A stretch of 64,000 nt of DNA from a virus. Shown in pieces: positions 1 through 9,900 of the stretch. The stretch spans positions 14,344 to 78,343 of IMG/VR virus record IMGVR_UViG_3300029454_000001, one strand, 5' to 3'. The stretch's first letter is position 1. Each line of letters opens with the position of its first letter. The position numbers were made by a program, and so were the translations under genes. The notes under the pieces were generated by a model. It saw only the letters and a program-made list of their open reading frames with translations, did no database searches and was not told the DNA's origin.

Positions 1-18
1 ACCTGTTCTTGGGGACAT
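1..18 (-). CDS. 5' end of a leftward gene (MSPRTG..., continues outside window)
   Basis: ATG at 18-16 preceded by AAGGAGGTG (33-25) with a 6-nt spacer; consensus promoter just upstream. Confidence 0.35.
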
Positions 19-53
19 TTTGTTCACCTCCTTATTTTGTCCTTGCATAATTC

Positions 54-82
54 ATTATAATTTATGGGCGTACAAAAGTCAA
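54..82 (-). promoter_or_regulatory. sigma-A type promoter of the leftward gene
   Basis: Minus strand TTGACT (82-77) - 17 nt - TATAAT (59-54), about 20 nt upstream of the SD. Confidence 0.6.
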
Positions 83-732
83 GAGCATTTTCTATTATTT
101 TAGAAAACGTATCAATCAAGGTTCTCGTCATTATGACGAACACCTTTTTTCTAAAATTTTAGTGAAACTAGCTTCCACAAAATAATGGAGCCGAAATTTC
201 GGCGGCTTGGGGTTCGACATGAACGTCAAGCCCCTGCTCCCCATTTTTGAGGTTCGCCACAATGGCAAACGTTAAAATTTACGGTTTGCTATAATCCTGG
301 CGTTTCGTGAAAATCACGATTTGAGCCTCGGACAATTTGACTGAAGTGCTAACCGTCATCAAATTGATGATAGTTCAAAATATCAATCATAGAAATAGGG
401 TGCATCAAATTAGAAGCACCCCTATTAAAAATAAAAGGTGTCGAAATTTCTACGCCTTTTCGCCATGTATGGCTAAAACCCATATAAGCTGCTCAAATTT
501 GTGCACCTTGTATGAATAAACAGTTTGCCATAGTAACGAAAGGTCAATTTGTCCGTTCGCTTCTCATGGCGAAAAACAGCTCCATAAATTTGTGGAACAG
601 CTATTAACCGTCTTGAAATTCACGACAGTTTTTTTTACTGACGAATCGTTATTTTTTTAAATTTCCTATTCCCTTATCCATTTTGGAGTGGTAAAATACA
701 GATATCATACTGATTTAGGGAGGAAAACGCAT

Positions 733-1629
733 ATGAAAAAATCAAAAAAGCTACTGGCAATTTTTACCATAATGTTACTGATTGTCTGTATGGCAGTTCC
801 AGTATCGGCGGCCGGTAAAATTAACAAGAAAGAAGCCACTTTAAAAGTCGGGCAAACATTACAATTAAAAGTGACTGGAACAAAAAGAAAAGTAAAATGG
901 ACAAGTAGCAAGAAGTCTGTTGCAACGGTATCTTCTAAAGGACGAGTAAAAGCTAAGAAAAAAGGATCCGCAACGATTACTGCAAAGGTCGGCAAAAAGA
1001 AATACACTTGTAAAGTTACCGTGAAAAAGGTTTCTAACGGCAATGGTGGTTTTGGAGGAAATCCTAGCACTAACAGTAGCGGTAAGAAGAATATTGTTAC
1101 ATATCATGCAGAATCTACACCGTATGGAGCGGTGGCAATTCTTGAAAATCATTATGATTATGCAGTACGTGTTAGAGTTGAGTTTGTTTATTTTTTGAAT
1201 GGTTCTATGATTGGAACAGATTCTGATAGTATATACGCTTTTGCTCCACATTCAAAATGTGCGCTTCAAGGTTGGAACGCTGACAAGACCTGGGATTCTT
1301 TCAAAGTTAATTTAAAAATTGAAAAAGCTTCTTCGAGCCTTATTTTGAACAATTCCGGAATACACTATTCAGCTAATTTTGGAGCTGGAAATGTTATGGT
1401 AAAAGTAACTAATAATGGAAAAAGAAACTCTTACACAACTATTGCAGTCGTATTTTACAAAGATGGAAGAATAGTTGGATATGATTATCAATTTGCTCAC
1501 GTTGAAAATCCTGGTTCAACTGCTTATCTTGAATTTAGATTCCCTCACGATAGGAATTACGATACAATAACGCCAGATAAATTTGAAGTATATGTTAATG
1601 ATTCTTACACATATAATTGGATGAACTAA
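733..1629 (+). CDS. secreted protein with bacterial Ig-like (Big_2-type) domain
   Basis: SD GGGAGGA at 717-723. Signal peptide MKKSKKLLAIFTIMLLIVCMAVPVSAAG. Big_2-like segment ATLKVGQTLQLKV..SSKKSVATVSSKGRVKAKKKGSATITAKV. ORF-track start 688 trimmed to ATG 733. Confidence 0.7.
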   Translation: MKKSKKLLAIFTIMLLIVCMAVPVSAAGKINKKEATLKVGQTLQLKVTGTKRKVKWTSSKKSVATVSSKGRVKAKKKGSATITAKVGKKKYTCKVTVKKVSNGNGGFGGNPSTNSSGKKNIVTYHAESTPYGAVAILENHYDYAVRVRVEFVYFLNGSMIGTDSDSIYAFAPHSKCALQGWNADKTWDSFKVNLKIEKASSSLILNNSGIHYSANFGAGNVMVKVTNNGKRNSYTTIAVVFYKDGRIVGYDYQFAHVENPGSTAYLEFRFPHDRNYDTITPDKFEVYVNDSYTYNWMN

Positions 1630-1635
1630 AATAAA

Positions 1636-1657
1636 GGCTAGGGAGAAATCCCTAGCC
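1636..1657. terminator. bidirectional stem-loop between convergent genes
   Basis: GGCTAGGGA-GAAA-TCCCTAGCC, perfect 9-bp stem with a tetraloop, between stop 1629 (+) and stop 1666 (-). Confidence 0.7.
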
Positions 1658-1665
1658 TAATCATT

Positions 1666-2592
1666 TTAATACCCTACTTGAGTGACCCCATACTCTGCCT
1701 GTTCAGAAGTAAAGCCATCAAATTCCAATTGCTGAATTAGCCCATCTCTTGAAAAACTTGTAATATCCAAATAACTTTTAGCAGATTTTTCAGCTTGTCT
1801 ATTCCAACTTGCGCCACAAAAGTCTGCTGCATATTTAGCTTCTTCATCTGTATATTGTGAAAATTTCAGTTGTTGAATTATTCCATTATAAGAAAACGAA
1901 TTTATATCTAAATAGTCTATAGCTTCTTTCAGCGCATTTTTCTTTCCAAGCGGTACTTGTGGTGCATCTTCGCATTTTGAGATAGCGCAATCATATATAT
2001 AATCTTGCGTAGAAATTGAATCTGGTTTTAAAAATATTCCCTCAACAGTAACGTAATCTCCCACCTGTAGTTTTAATACATTTGAGTTGTTGCTTCTTAC
2101 GAACATTGCAAATTCATCATATCCTGTATATGTTATAGAATTATCAATTGAAATTTCAACACGATATGCGCCAGCCTTATTAACACTATTTGCTTGCCAT
2201 TCTTGTTCTGTCGGAAGCTCTATGGTCTGTAACACATATCCATTTATTTTTACCTTGTCTCCCATTGAAAAGTCTGGATAATCATTAATTTTTTCTGAAT
2301 ATATTTCTTTGATTACATCTTCGTAGTGGATTTCTGTATCCGCAGAATCATCAGAATCTCCAAATATCTCTGAATGGCTCATTTTATAAGTTTTCAATTC
2401 CAAATCTTCCCACAAATCCTTGCATACAGAAAATACCGCTTCTGTTTCTTCTTCTGTTGCTGGTTCTATTTGTGTTGTTTCTTTAGTTTCTTCCTTCTGT
2501 CCGATTTCCCACTTAAACGCCATGACAGGTGTCGTAGTCACCAAACTCGCCATCACGGTTGCAGCAACAATAACTCTTTTTACTTTCTTCAT
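1666..2592 (-). CDS. secreted protein with two C-terminal Ltp-type repeats (phage superinfection-exclusion lipoprotein family)
   Basis: N-terminal signal peptide. Tandem repeats NALKEAIDYLDINSFSYNGIIQQLKFSQYTDEEAKYAA and SAKSYLDITSFSRDGLIQQLEFDGFTSEQAEYGV match the Ltp repeat pattern A..YL...FS..GLI.QL...GF....A.Y. SD GGGAGG. Confidence 0.7.
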   Translation of the reverse strand: MKKVKRVIVAATVMASLVTTTPVMAFKWEIGQKEETKETTQIEPATEEETEAVFSVCKDLWEDLELKTYKMSHSEIFGDSDDSADTEIHYEDVIKEIYSEKINDYPDFSMGDKVKINGYVLQTIELPTEQEWQANSVNKAGAYRVEISIDNSITYTGYDEFAMFVRSNNSNVLKLQVGDYVTVEGIFLKPDSISTQDYIYDCAISKCEDAPQVPLGKKNALKEAIDYLDINSFSYNGIIQQLKFSQYTDEEAKYAADFCGASWNRQAEKSAKSYLDITSFSRDGLIQQLEFDGFTSEQAEYGVTQVGY

Positions 2593-2655
2593 ACATACGT
2601 ACCTCCCAATAATTGATACCCATATTGTACCACCTTGGGACGTATTCTGGAAGTC

Positions 2656-2871
2656 CTATTTCGCTTTTCTATCAATTTCCGCAGTTACGGCAAACAAAAG
2701 AGCTTCGGCAAATTTCGCGCCGACCGAATCGGAGTATTTATCGTGAATCCGGCTTGCTTCCATGGTGAGATTTTCCCACTGCGGAATATCATCCTTTGAG
2801 ATAAAGGCGTACTTCTTGTGGAGATTCCATATATCTTGCCAGATGGAAAAATAAGTCTGCTTGAAATTCAT
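2656..2871 (-). CDS. hypothetical protein
   Basis: ORF-track 2656..2880 with start moved to ATG 2871, which overlaps the upstream TGA (TGATG). Confidence 0.4.
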   Translation of the reverse strand: MNFKQTYFSIWQDIWNLHKKYAFISKDDIPQWENLTMEASRIHDKYSDSVGAKFAEALLFAVTAEIDRKAK

Positions 2872-3203
2872 CAATACCACTTCTCCGTCAGTTGATTAAT
2901 CGGTGTTCCGGCAACTCCGGCACTTTCTCCGCTGTCTGTTGCCTTGAAGTATGCTCCTTGAATCTGCGGATACATAAACTCAAACATTAGATAATTAGCA
3001 GCGTCACAAAGATATTCTGTATTTCCGGTCTTTCTGTATTTTTCAATGCACAAATCATGTGATTCCAATGCATTAACCAGTTTCTCCCCGAAATTATCCT
3101 TTGCTGTGCCATATTTGTAAAAACTCATCTCAGCCCGATTTTGACGCAATTTATCAAAACGGTCTGAATATTCTGTTGGAAGTTCTGTTCCTATTTTGCT
3201 CAT
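2871..3203 (-). CDS. hypothetical protein (weak all-alpha NTP-pyrophosphohydrolase-like motif KYG...DAANYLMF)
   Basis: 110-aa ORF in a co-directional operon; the motif resemblance is only suggestive. Confidence 0.4.
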   Translation of the reverse strand: MSKIGTELPTEYSDRFDKLRQNRAEMSFYKYGTAKDNFGEKLVNALESHDLCIEKYRKTGNTEYLCDAANYLMFEFMYPQIQGAYFKATDSGESAGVAGTPINQLTEKWY

Positions 3204-3322
3204 ATGTTTTAATTCTCCACAATTAATTAATTTCTTGGCTCAAATTTCAATTTTCTTGGCTTGTGCCTATATTTTATCTGGCAAGAGGTTTTGAAACGTA
3301 TTTGGTTATTTTATCATGTCAA

Positions 3323-3766
3323 TTAATTACCCTCATATGTCTCATAATCAATCGTTCCAAGATCACCGTACACATCTGGATAATAAATTCCAATCCAGAA
3401 GTTATCTTCCATTGCTTTGTAGTAAGTTACTTTTACATTCCATCTCTGTACCTCGTCAATAATTTCTTTGTTGAGAAGTCCGAATTGATCTCGGCAAGCT
3501 TCACTTTCCAGTTTGTAAGTCAATGCTTTGTATTTCTCGGCATTTGCCTGTCTGGTGGCGGTAATATTGGTTTGAGTAAGTAGTAAAATCAATCCAGCTA
3601 CCAGGAACCATACTGCACCGATAAAAGAAATTACCACGCCAAAAGACAATATAAAGCCACTCACATTTGAATACTCATATTCGTAGCTTAAAGATTCGCC
3701 TATTCTATTTGCAATCAGAATAGCAACGCCGACCGCAAAAATGATTACTGATAGCCAAAATATCAT
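3323..3766 (-). CDS. membrane protein (two TM helices)
   Basis: MIFWLSVIIFAVGVAILIA and GFILSFGVVISFIGAVWFLVAGLILLL hydrophobic segments; start overlaps the upstream stop. Confidence 0.5.
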   Translation of the reverse strand: MIFWLSVIIFAVGVAILIANRIGESLSYEYEYSNVSGFILSFGVVISFIGAVWFLVAGLILLLTQTNITATRQANAEKYKALTYKLESEACRDQFGLLNKEIIDEVQRWNVKVTYYKAMEDNFWIGIYYPDVYGDLGTIDYETYEGN

Positions 3767-4827
3767 AGTGTGTCCTCCCTGTCCTCAACTTTCATTAACA
3801 AATTTTTCCGTATGTAGCCAGACATGAAATGCGAATAATGATGATCCGTGTACTCACTAAATGAAGTTCCAAAGTATTCATCAATCACTTTCATGTATGT
3901 TTCAATCTCAACATTCTGGAAATAATCTGGATTTGGCCCGAATCCAAACTTGTCCAGGATATTATCCAAAGCGTCTTGATTAATTTTTATGTGCGGTTTT
4001 CTGGTTCGTTCTTCGTACCTCTTGAAGAAATACTTTGATACTACCAGGAAGCGGTTGGTTGTATATGGGCTTGTCGTATATCCCAATTCTTCAATACGCA
4101 CTGCAACCTGGTTCTTGAATGCAGACCAATTAAAAGATTTACGGTCTATTGGAGTATACTGGATGCTTTCTTCTGTCAACATATTTTTGATATGTTGAGA
4201 ATTGAACCACTCGTTAGAGTGGTATGCATTTTTCTCTTCTTCTTTTAACTCCGTAGGAGATGTAGTATCTGGTTTATCATTAATATCTGAAATATAATCT
4301 CTGTTTGTAGTTTCTGGTATTGCTTGACGGTTTGAATCGTATTGATCGTTCATGAGTGCTTCATTCATTGCGCACTCATGCGCATTGGAAAAATCATCTG
4401 GCAAATTAATTTTGTAATCGCTTAAAGGATAACCTTTTTCTTTAAGTGCTTTTGCTATATTTACAAGGCTAACGCGATATTGTAAAGTTCTGTCCCATTT
4501 GTATTTTGGGTTATTTCTTTTTGAAATAAAGCCCATATTAACCAGTTCATTGATATACCGCCTTACTTGGCTCACAGATAAGCCAAGCATGATTTCATTG
4601 GATAGTTCTTCTGCTGTTTTGTATATCCAGCCATAAAATAATTCCTTTTCTTCTTCTCCATTTTTTCGTGCGATTTCATTTTCTTTTTCAATGAATTTAT
4701 CTGCATCGGAAACTCTTTCAGACCAATAAATAAATTGTTTTAATATGATTGCTTTACGAAAATCTCCTGTAATAGCAAGCAAATCTTCACGCAAAACTAC
4801 TTTTTTAATTTTCTCCATCTTATTCAC
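3763..4827 (-). CDS. winged-helix replication-organizer/initiator-like protein
   Basis: N-terminal wHTH (LSNEIMLGLSVSQVRRYINELVNMGFISKR); C-terminal region resembles DnaD/replication-protein C-termini (KPHIKINQDALDNI..IDEYFGTSF..DHHYSHFMSG). Confidence 0.45.
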   Translation of the reverse strand: MNKMEKIKKVVLREDLLAITGDFRKAIILKQFIYWSERVSDADKFIEKENEIARKNGEEEKELFYGWIYKTAEELSNEIMLGLSVSQVRRYINELVNMGFISKRNNPKYKWDRTLQYRVSLVNIAKALKEKGYPLSDYKINLPDDFSNAHECAMNEALMNDQYDSNRQAIPETTNRDYISDINDKPDTTSPTELKEEEKNAYHSNEWFNSQHIKNMLTEESIQYTPIDRKSFNWSAFKNQVAVRIEELGYTTSPYTTNRFLVVSKYFFKRYEERTRKPHIKINQDALDNILDKFGFGPNPDYFQNVEIETYMKVIDEYFGTSFSEYTDHHYSHFMSGYIRKNLLMKVEDREDTL

Positions 4828-5608
4828 CTGCCGCTCTGTCTAATTTATCGTGAAATTTTCTATGGCAATTTTCGCATAACACTATGAGATCGTTATCTGC
4901 AACTGATCTCATATGTTCTCGTCCGTGATTTTCATATGTTTTATGGTGGACATTAAGTTTTCCACTCTTTCCGCATAGCTGGCAACGGTAATTTGCGCTT
5001 TTTAATTTATAATTCCTAACGCCATCCCAATACGGTGTATGTAAAAAATCGTTATAATCCATATTGCTAATCTCTTTGCATATTTCGTCTTGATCTGGGT
5101 TAGTTCCATATTTTTGATACATGATATAGTTAATTTTGTCTTTTGCAGATACTCCATCTCTAAAGCAAGCTTTAGGATTTAAATACTCCTTGTATCTGAG
5201 AGTAAGATTTGCAAGTTCCTCTTTTCTTTCTTTTTCCCATTTTTCATGAGATATTGATTGTTTGATCTTTATTTGCTTCTGATATTCTGTCTCACATTCT
5301 TCGCATCTGAAATACTCGTTATTAGTGTCTTTATTATTGATACATTTAATCATATTTAAAATTCTAGTTTTAGAAATCATCCGAGTATATATTTTCCCGC
5401 AAATAGGACATTTTATTTGATATTCATATAAAACCTTATCTGTGGGAGTTAAGTTATCATATCTATAAAATGCATTAGTGATTTCTGTTGTTTTTGCATT
5501 CATCAGAATTTTTGTAAGTTCAAAGTCGATAAGATCTCCACGTTTTATTAAATTGTCATTTTTTCGGATATCAGAAAAGACTACATTTTTGATAAATTCT
5601 TTGTTCAT
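4820..5608 (-). CDS. HNH endonuclease with N-terminal zinc ribbons
   Basis: C-terminal YRCQLCGKSGKLNVHHKTYENHGREHMRSVADNDLIVLCENCHRKFH; CPICGK / CEECE ribbons. Confidence 0.75.
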   Translation of the reverse strand: MNKEFIKNVVFSDIRKNDNLIKRGDLIDFELTKILMNAKTTEITNAFYRYDNLTPTDKVLYEYQIKCPICGKIYTRMISKTRILNMIKCINNKDTNNEYFRCEECETEYQKQIKIKQSISHEKWEKERKEELANLTLRYKEYLNPKACFRDGVSAKDKINYIMYQKYGTNPDQDEICKEISNMDYNDFLHTPYWDGVRNYKLKSANYRCQLCGKSGKLNVHHKTYENHGREHMRSVADNDLIVLCENCHRKFHDKLDRAAGE

Positions 5609-5739
5609 ATAGATAACCTCCGTATTGGTTGTTGGCGTACCATGAACCGCCAGAATCCGTAATTATAAAACAGTGGACAGGCGTATTACGGTTTACGCTT
5701 TTCGGCGGCCAACCTAGCCCACTGGTTTTACCGAATTAA

Positions 5740-6036
5740 TTAATCAAACATTTTGAATGTTTCCTTGCAAAATTCCTCATAATCGGTTTTTCCGACCAGT
5801 GGCATTTTATTCCTCAGTTTTTCCATGGCTCTAAAAAACTTGCCTTGGTCTTTATTCCAGATTTTACAGGAAATTAGAAGATACTTCTCTTCTGTATGTC
5901 CAAATTCTTTTCCGAAATTCACTCTAATTTTCTCATTTTTAAAAAGTTGGTCTGCCAGATACTCTTCTGTATCTGCGAAAATGTATTCGCTACGGAATAA
6001 ATGTTTTTGAATTAAGATGTAATTTTTATATGACAT
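5740..6036 (-). CDS. hypothetical protein
   Basis: 98-aa ORF with SD GGGAGGAA, preceded by a terminator. Confidence 0.45.
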   Translation of the reverse strand: MSYKNYILIQKHLFRSEYIFADTEEYLADQLFKNEKIRVNFGKEFGHTEEKYLLISCKIWNKDQGKFFRAMEKLRNKMPLVGKTDYEEFCKETFKMFD

Positions 6037-6049
6037 GATATTCCTCCCT

Positions 6050-6081
6050 TTGAAAAAGGTTCCATTTTAAATCGAACCTTT
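6050..6081 (-). terminator. intrinsic terminator after the Rha gene
   Basis: Minus strand AAAGGTTC-loop-GAACCTTT followed by a T-run. Confidence 0.5.
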
Positions 6082-6122
6082 CCAGACCTCATTTTAAATG
6101 CGGGCTGTCTAAAAATTCAAAA

Positions 6123-6770
6123 TCATGCGGCAATTTTATTAATTCCTTTATTCAGAATAAATTCTTTAATTTCGTTATATCCCCAGCCGTATCCAACCAA
6201 TGCACTTACAAGCATTTCGGCGTTCTGGACTTTCACCAACTCTTCTTCTGAAAAATAATCTCTCATACTTTCTTTCTTGGAAATTCCAAATTCATCTCTC
6301 AGTTGCTTGGCGTTTTTGCCAAATATGGACTTGTAAATAACGTCCGTATATGTAGAATAGGCATGTCCGTGCATTCTTTCATTTTCAGAAGATTGCTGGA
6401 TTGCCTTGGTAAACGCTTGCCTTACTGCAATTCCTTTTTCACGTTCTTTGATTTTTCCAATAAGGAGCTTTTCCATTGCATTGAACTGCCGAATATAGCC
6501 CTCTTTGAATTTCATTGCTTTTTCGCCAGTATAGCCCATAGCTAAAAGTGTAAATCCATCTCTGGTTACATAGTACATTGGCTGTTTCTTATTTTGACAA
6601 TTGACGTAAGAGGACTGCACGAAATTGTGCCTTCTAAAATCCTCACTGCATTCAAGTTCTCTTATATCTTGCAAAACCCTTTTATGTTCTTTCTCAAATG
6701 TCTCCGCAATATCTAGGCTTGTTACAATACTGGTTTCTACTTTTCCAATCATCATAACTTCTACCAACAT
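6123..6770 (-). CDS. Rha-family phage regulatory protein (antirepressor-like)
   Basis: VTSLDIAETFEKEHKRVLQDIRELECSEDFRRHNF matches the Rha N-terminal domain. Start moved from 6818 (inside the tape-measure terminator hairpin) to ATG 6770, which has SD AAGGAGGAA. Confidence 0.7.
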   Translation of the reverse strand: MLVEVMMIGKVETSIVTSLDIAETFEKEHKRVLQDIRELECSEDFRRHNFVQSSYVNCQNKKQPMYYVTRDGFTLLAMGYTGEKAMKFKEGYIRQFNAMEKLLIGKIKEREKGIAVRQAFTKAIQQSSENERMHGHAYSTYTDVIYKSIFGKNAKQLRDEFGISKKESMRDYFSEEELVKVQNAEMLVSALVGYGWGYNEIKEFILNKGINKIAA

Positions 6771-6800
6771 TCTCCATTCCTCCTTATATTGATGGATAAA

Positions 6801-6871
6801 ATAAAAAAGAGCCGCCAAGTAAGATAAAAATTCCTCAAAATCGAGAAATATTAATTTCTTCTTAGCGGCTC
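6801..6871 (-). terminator. strong intrinsic terminator closing the late operon directly after the tape measure gene
   Basis: Minus strand GAGCCGCTAAGAAGA...TCTTACTTGGCGGCTC followed by TTTTTTATTTT; arms at 6857-6871 and 6809-6824. Confidence 0.75.
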
Positions 6872-6932
6872 AAAAATCAAGACCGTGTGTACTTCTTCAT
6901 TGAAGAAATTATACCACACAATCAGTCAAAAA

Positions 6933-9900
6933 TCAATATGCCGGGGACGGTTTGAAACGGCTATCCGTATCGTTCTGTGCTTTTGTTACTGCTTTTGCAA
7001 TCTCGCTTCCGTCCAGAATAATGCTGTTCATAATGTACTGCGGATTGTTATTTCCGCTGTTCATGCTCATTGCCATTGCAACTCCCTGGGCTACTGCTTT
7101 TGTCATTTCTTCTTTTGTAAGTCCCATGCTTCCGTCCGAACTGGAAACAATGCTGTCTGCAATCTTCTTCATGGTTCGTGGATTTTCCAAAGGAAGGACG
7201 GCTTCAGAACCAGCTTCACCGATACCAATTACCTGTGCGCCATTGAAAAGACCACCTTTGGCATACCAATTTGGATAATACCAATTAGGACTATATACAG
7301 GAGTGGAACTAGTCTTTCCTCCTCCAAGATTGTGTTTTTTCCACTCAGAAATTTTGTATGACAGCGTTGGAAAGCTAACGAGCTTCATCCCATTGACATA
7401 AGATTGTGCCGCTTGCTGACCAGCAGAGGTTAGATCAACACTAAATAAGCCTTTTATTTTATCGGAAATTCCAGATAGGTTATTTTCTGTATAGGTCTTC
7501 ATTTTTTGAGTCTCGGTGTCAACTTTACCAGAAGCCTTTTCCCAAATCTGGTTTGTATTGATAAGAACGGAAGACCAATAGCTTTGAATGGTTGTCATAA
7601 CTTTACCCATTACATCTTTTGTATCGGTGTCCATTGTTCCGAGGGCTGTCGATACAGCACTTGCGGAATTTCCCCAGTTTGTTTTTGAATCAGAACTAAT
7701 ATTTTCTGTGGAAGTTTTTACTTTTGTCTGTGCGGCAGACATAGCTTTCTCAGTTGCTGTTTGAATTCCAGACATTGCAGTTCCTGTAGCTTTGGATATG
7801 CTTCCCATTCCAGTTTTTACAAAAGTATTTGTACTGCTGATAGAGGTTTTCGTCTTAGTTTCCATCTCTTTCACGGAATCTGGGAATACTTGTGCAAAAA
7901 TCTTTGCTACAGATTCTGTATTGATTCCGAGTTCCTTGGCGCGCGCCATGATATTATCAAATGCATCCTGTGCAGTGCCACCAGAATTTTCAGCTTCCAT
8001 TAATGCTGTATCAAGAGAAACCATTTCATCTGCGCTAAGTCCTAACTGTGTTTGCAATTGTGGAAGAACAGTGTCATACAAATCATCAATCGACTGTTTA
8101 CTAAGGTCAATACTTCCAGACATATTTGTTGTTTTATCATCCAATGTTTTAATAGAATCAGACAATATTTTAAACATGTCGTCCGTAATAAGACCTTTCT
8201 GGTTTAATTGAGAAAATGCTTGCTCTGCCTGGTCAGATGTAACCCCCATTTCTCCCAACTTGTCAATCAATTTTTGTGTTGCTTTTGCCTTATCCTCGGC
8301 GGTCATCCCTTCTTGCTCAAGGCTTTCTTTTAACTGCCAAATTTCCTCTGCTGATCCAGAAAGAATATCACCTCTTCTCTGTAAAGTTTGAATGAAGTTA
8401 TTCATGGTATTGCCGAATGTGGTTCCAACACCATTACCGCCTTGCATGGTTTCAACAAGACCAGCCAATTGAGAGGTTGCGCCAGCTGCAGCTACTCCTA
8501 CTGCCACGATAAGTCCAGCTTCACCTACAAGAGGGCCAAGTGCTTTAGTAAGAGAGCCAAATTTACTGCTTGAAGAACCTGCCGCATCCCCTAAATCTTT
8601 TATTGCTTCTTTTGCTCCACTTGTGCCATCTCCAAGGACATCTGCTAATTTTTCAGCAATCATTTCAGCGTTTTTCTTTTCAGCTATTTTACTCGCAATA
8701 TGTCCCACAAGTGAACCAACAAGAGTACTGATACCTGTGATATTTGCTATTTTTACTGCAATAAAGGCTTTTCCAAGAATATCAACAAGACTTCCAACAA
8801 GCGGATGGTTTTCTTTTATTCCGTCCACTAATCCGTTAAATGCATCTGATAAACCACCAAGAATCAAATCAGCTGCTGTACTAAGGATTTCACCCCATGG
8901 CAATTCACCAAGGAATGTTCCAACTCCTTGTCCGAACTCATAGAATGTGTCTGTAGTGAGAGAATCTTTTAATGCGGTACACAGGTGAGATATAAAATCT
9001 CCAAGAGCCTGTCCATTTTCTTTCCAGTTTGTTTCTTTGATGAATTTAGCGATTCCATCTCTTATCTTGGTTGCGAGATCATCCCAATTAAATGTTTCGG
9101 TAAATGATTTTAAGCTTTCGAACGCTCCGTTTAATAAACCAGAAAGTGCATCTGCAATTGTGTTCATGTCTATCTTTTTTATTGCACCATTTAAGGCTTT
9201 TCCAATAGCAGTGCCAAGCTTACCCCATCCAGTAATTCCAGCACCATCCTTTTTAGACATATCCTTTACAAAGCCAGAAAGCATTTTCCAAGATGCCATA
9301 AAACTGTTCCCAATTAAGTTTCCAAGACCTGTCCAGTCAATTTCCTTTATAGCACCTTTTAAAAGTTGAGACAGTTTTGCCCCTATTCCGGAAAAATCTA
9401 TTCCTCCATCTCCAAGCAACAGGTTTAGAGTATTTACTGCTGTGTTAATTCCAGCTCCAAGCAATCTTCCCATTAAGTCAAAATCTATACCGCTAACCAT
9501 GGAATTGAATGCCGTGGTAAATGCATTTACAAATTCGGTTATTTTCGGGCCAACATTATTCCAATTAATAACTTCGTATATTTTTTGCATTCCAACATTT
9601 ATCATATCTGCAATAGTAAAGCCTAGTCCCTGCCAGTCTTTATTGATAAATGCTTTTCTGATTTTAGCAGCCCATTTATTGATTGGTGTTTCGTCAACAG
9701 TCAAAACTTCATCCAGTGAATCTTGTATTCCAGCAAAACTATCTGCTAAATCTCCAAGTCCAGAACCAAGACTTTTAGATTCAGTTCCAGAATTATCGGA
9801 ATTATCTGTAAGCTGATTTAATTGGTCGAATGGCAATACAGAAAGTGCCTTTTTTAATTTCTTGGCAGATGATGTAGCGTCATCAAGCCCGGAGGAGGCA

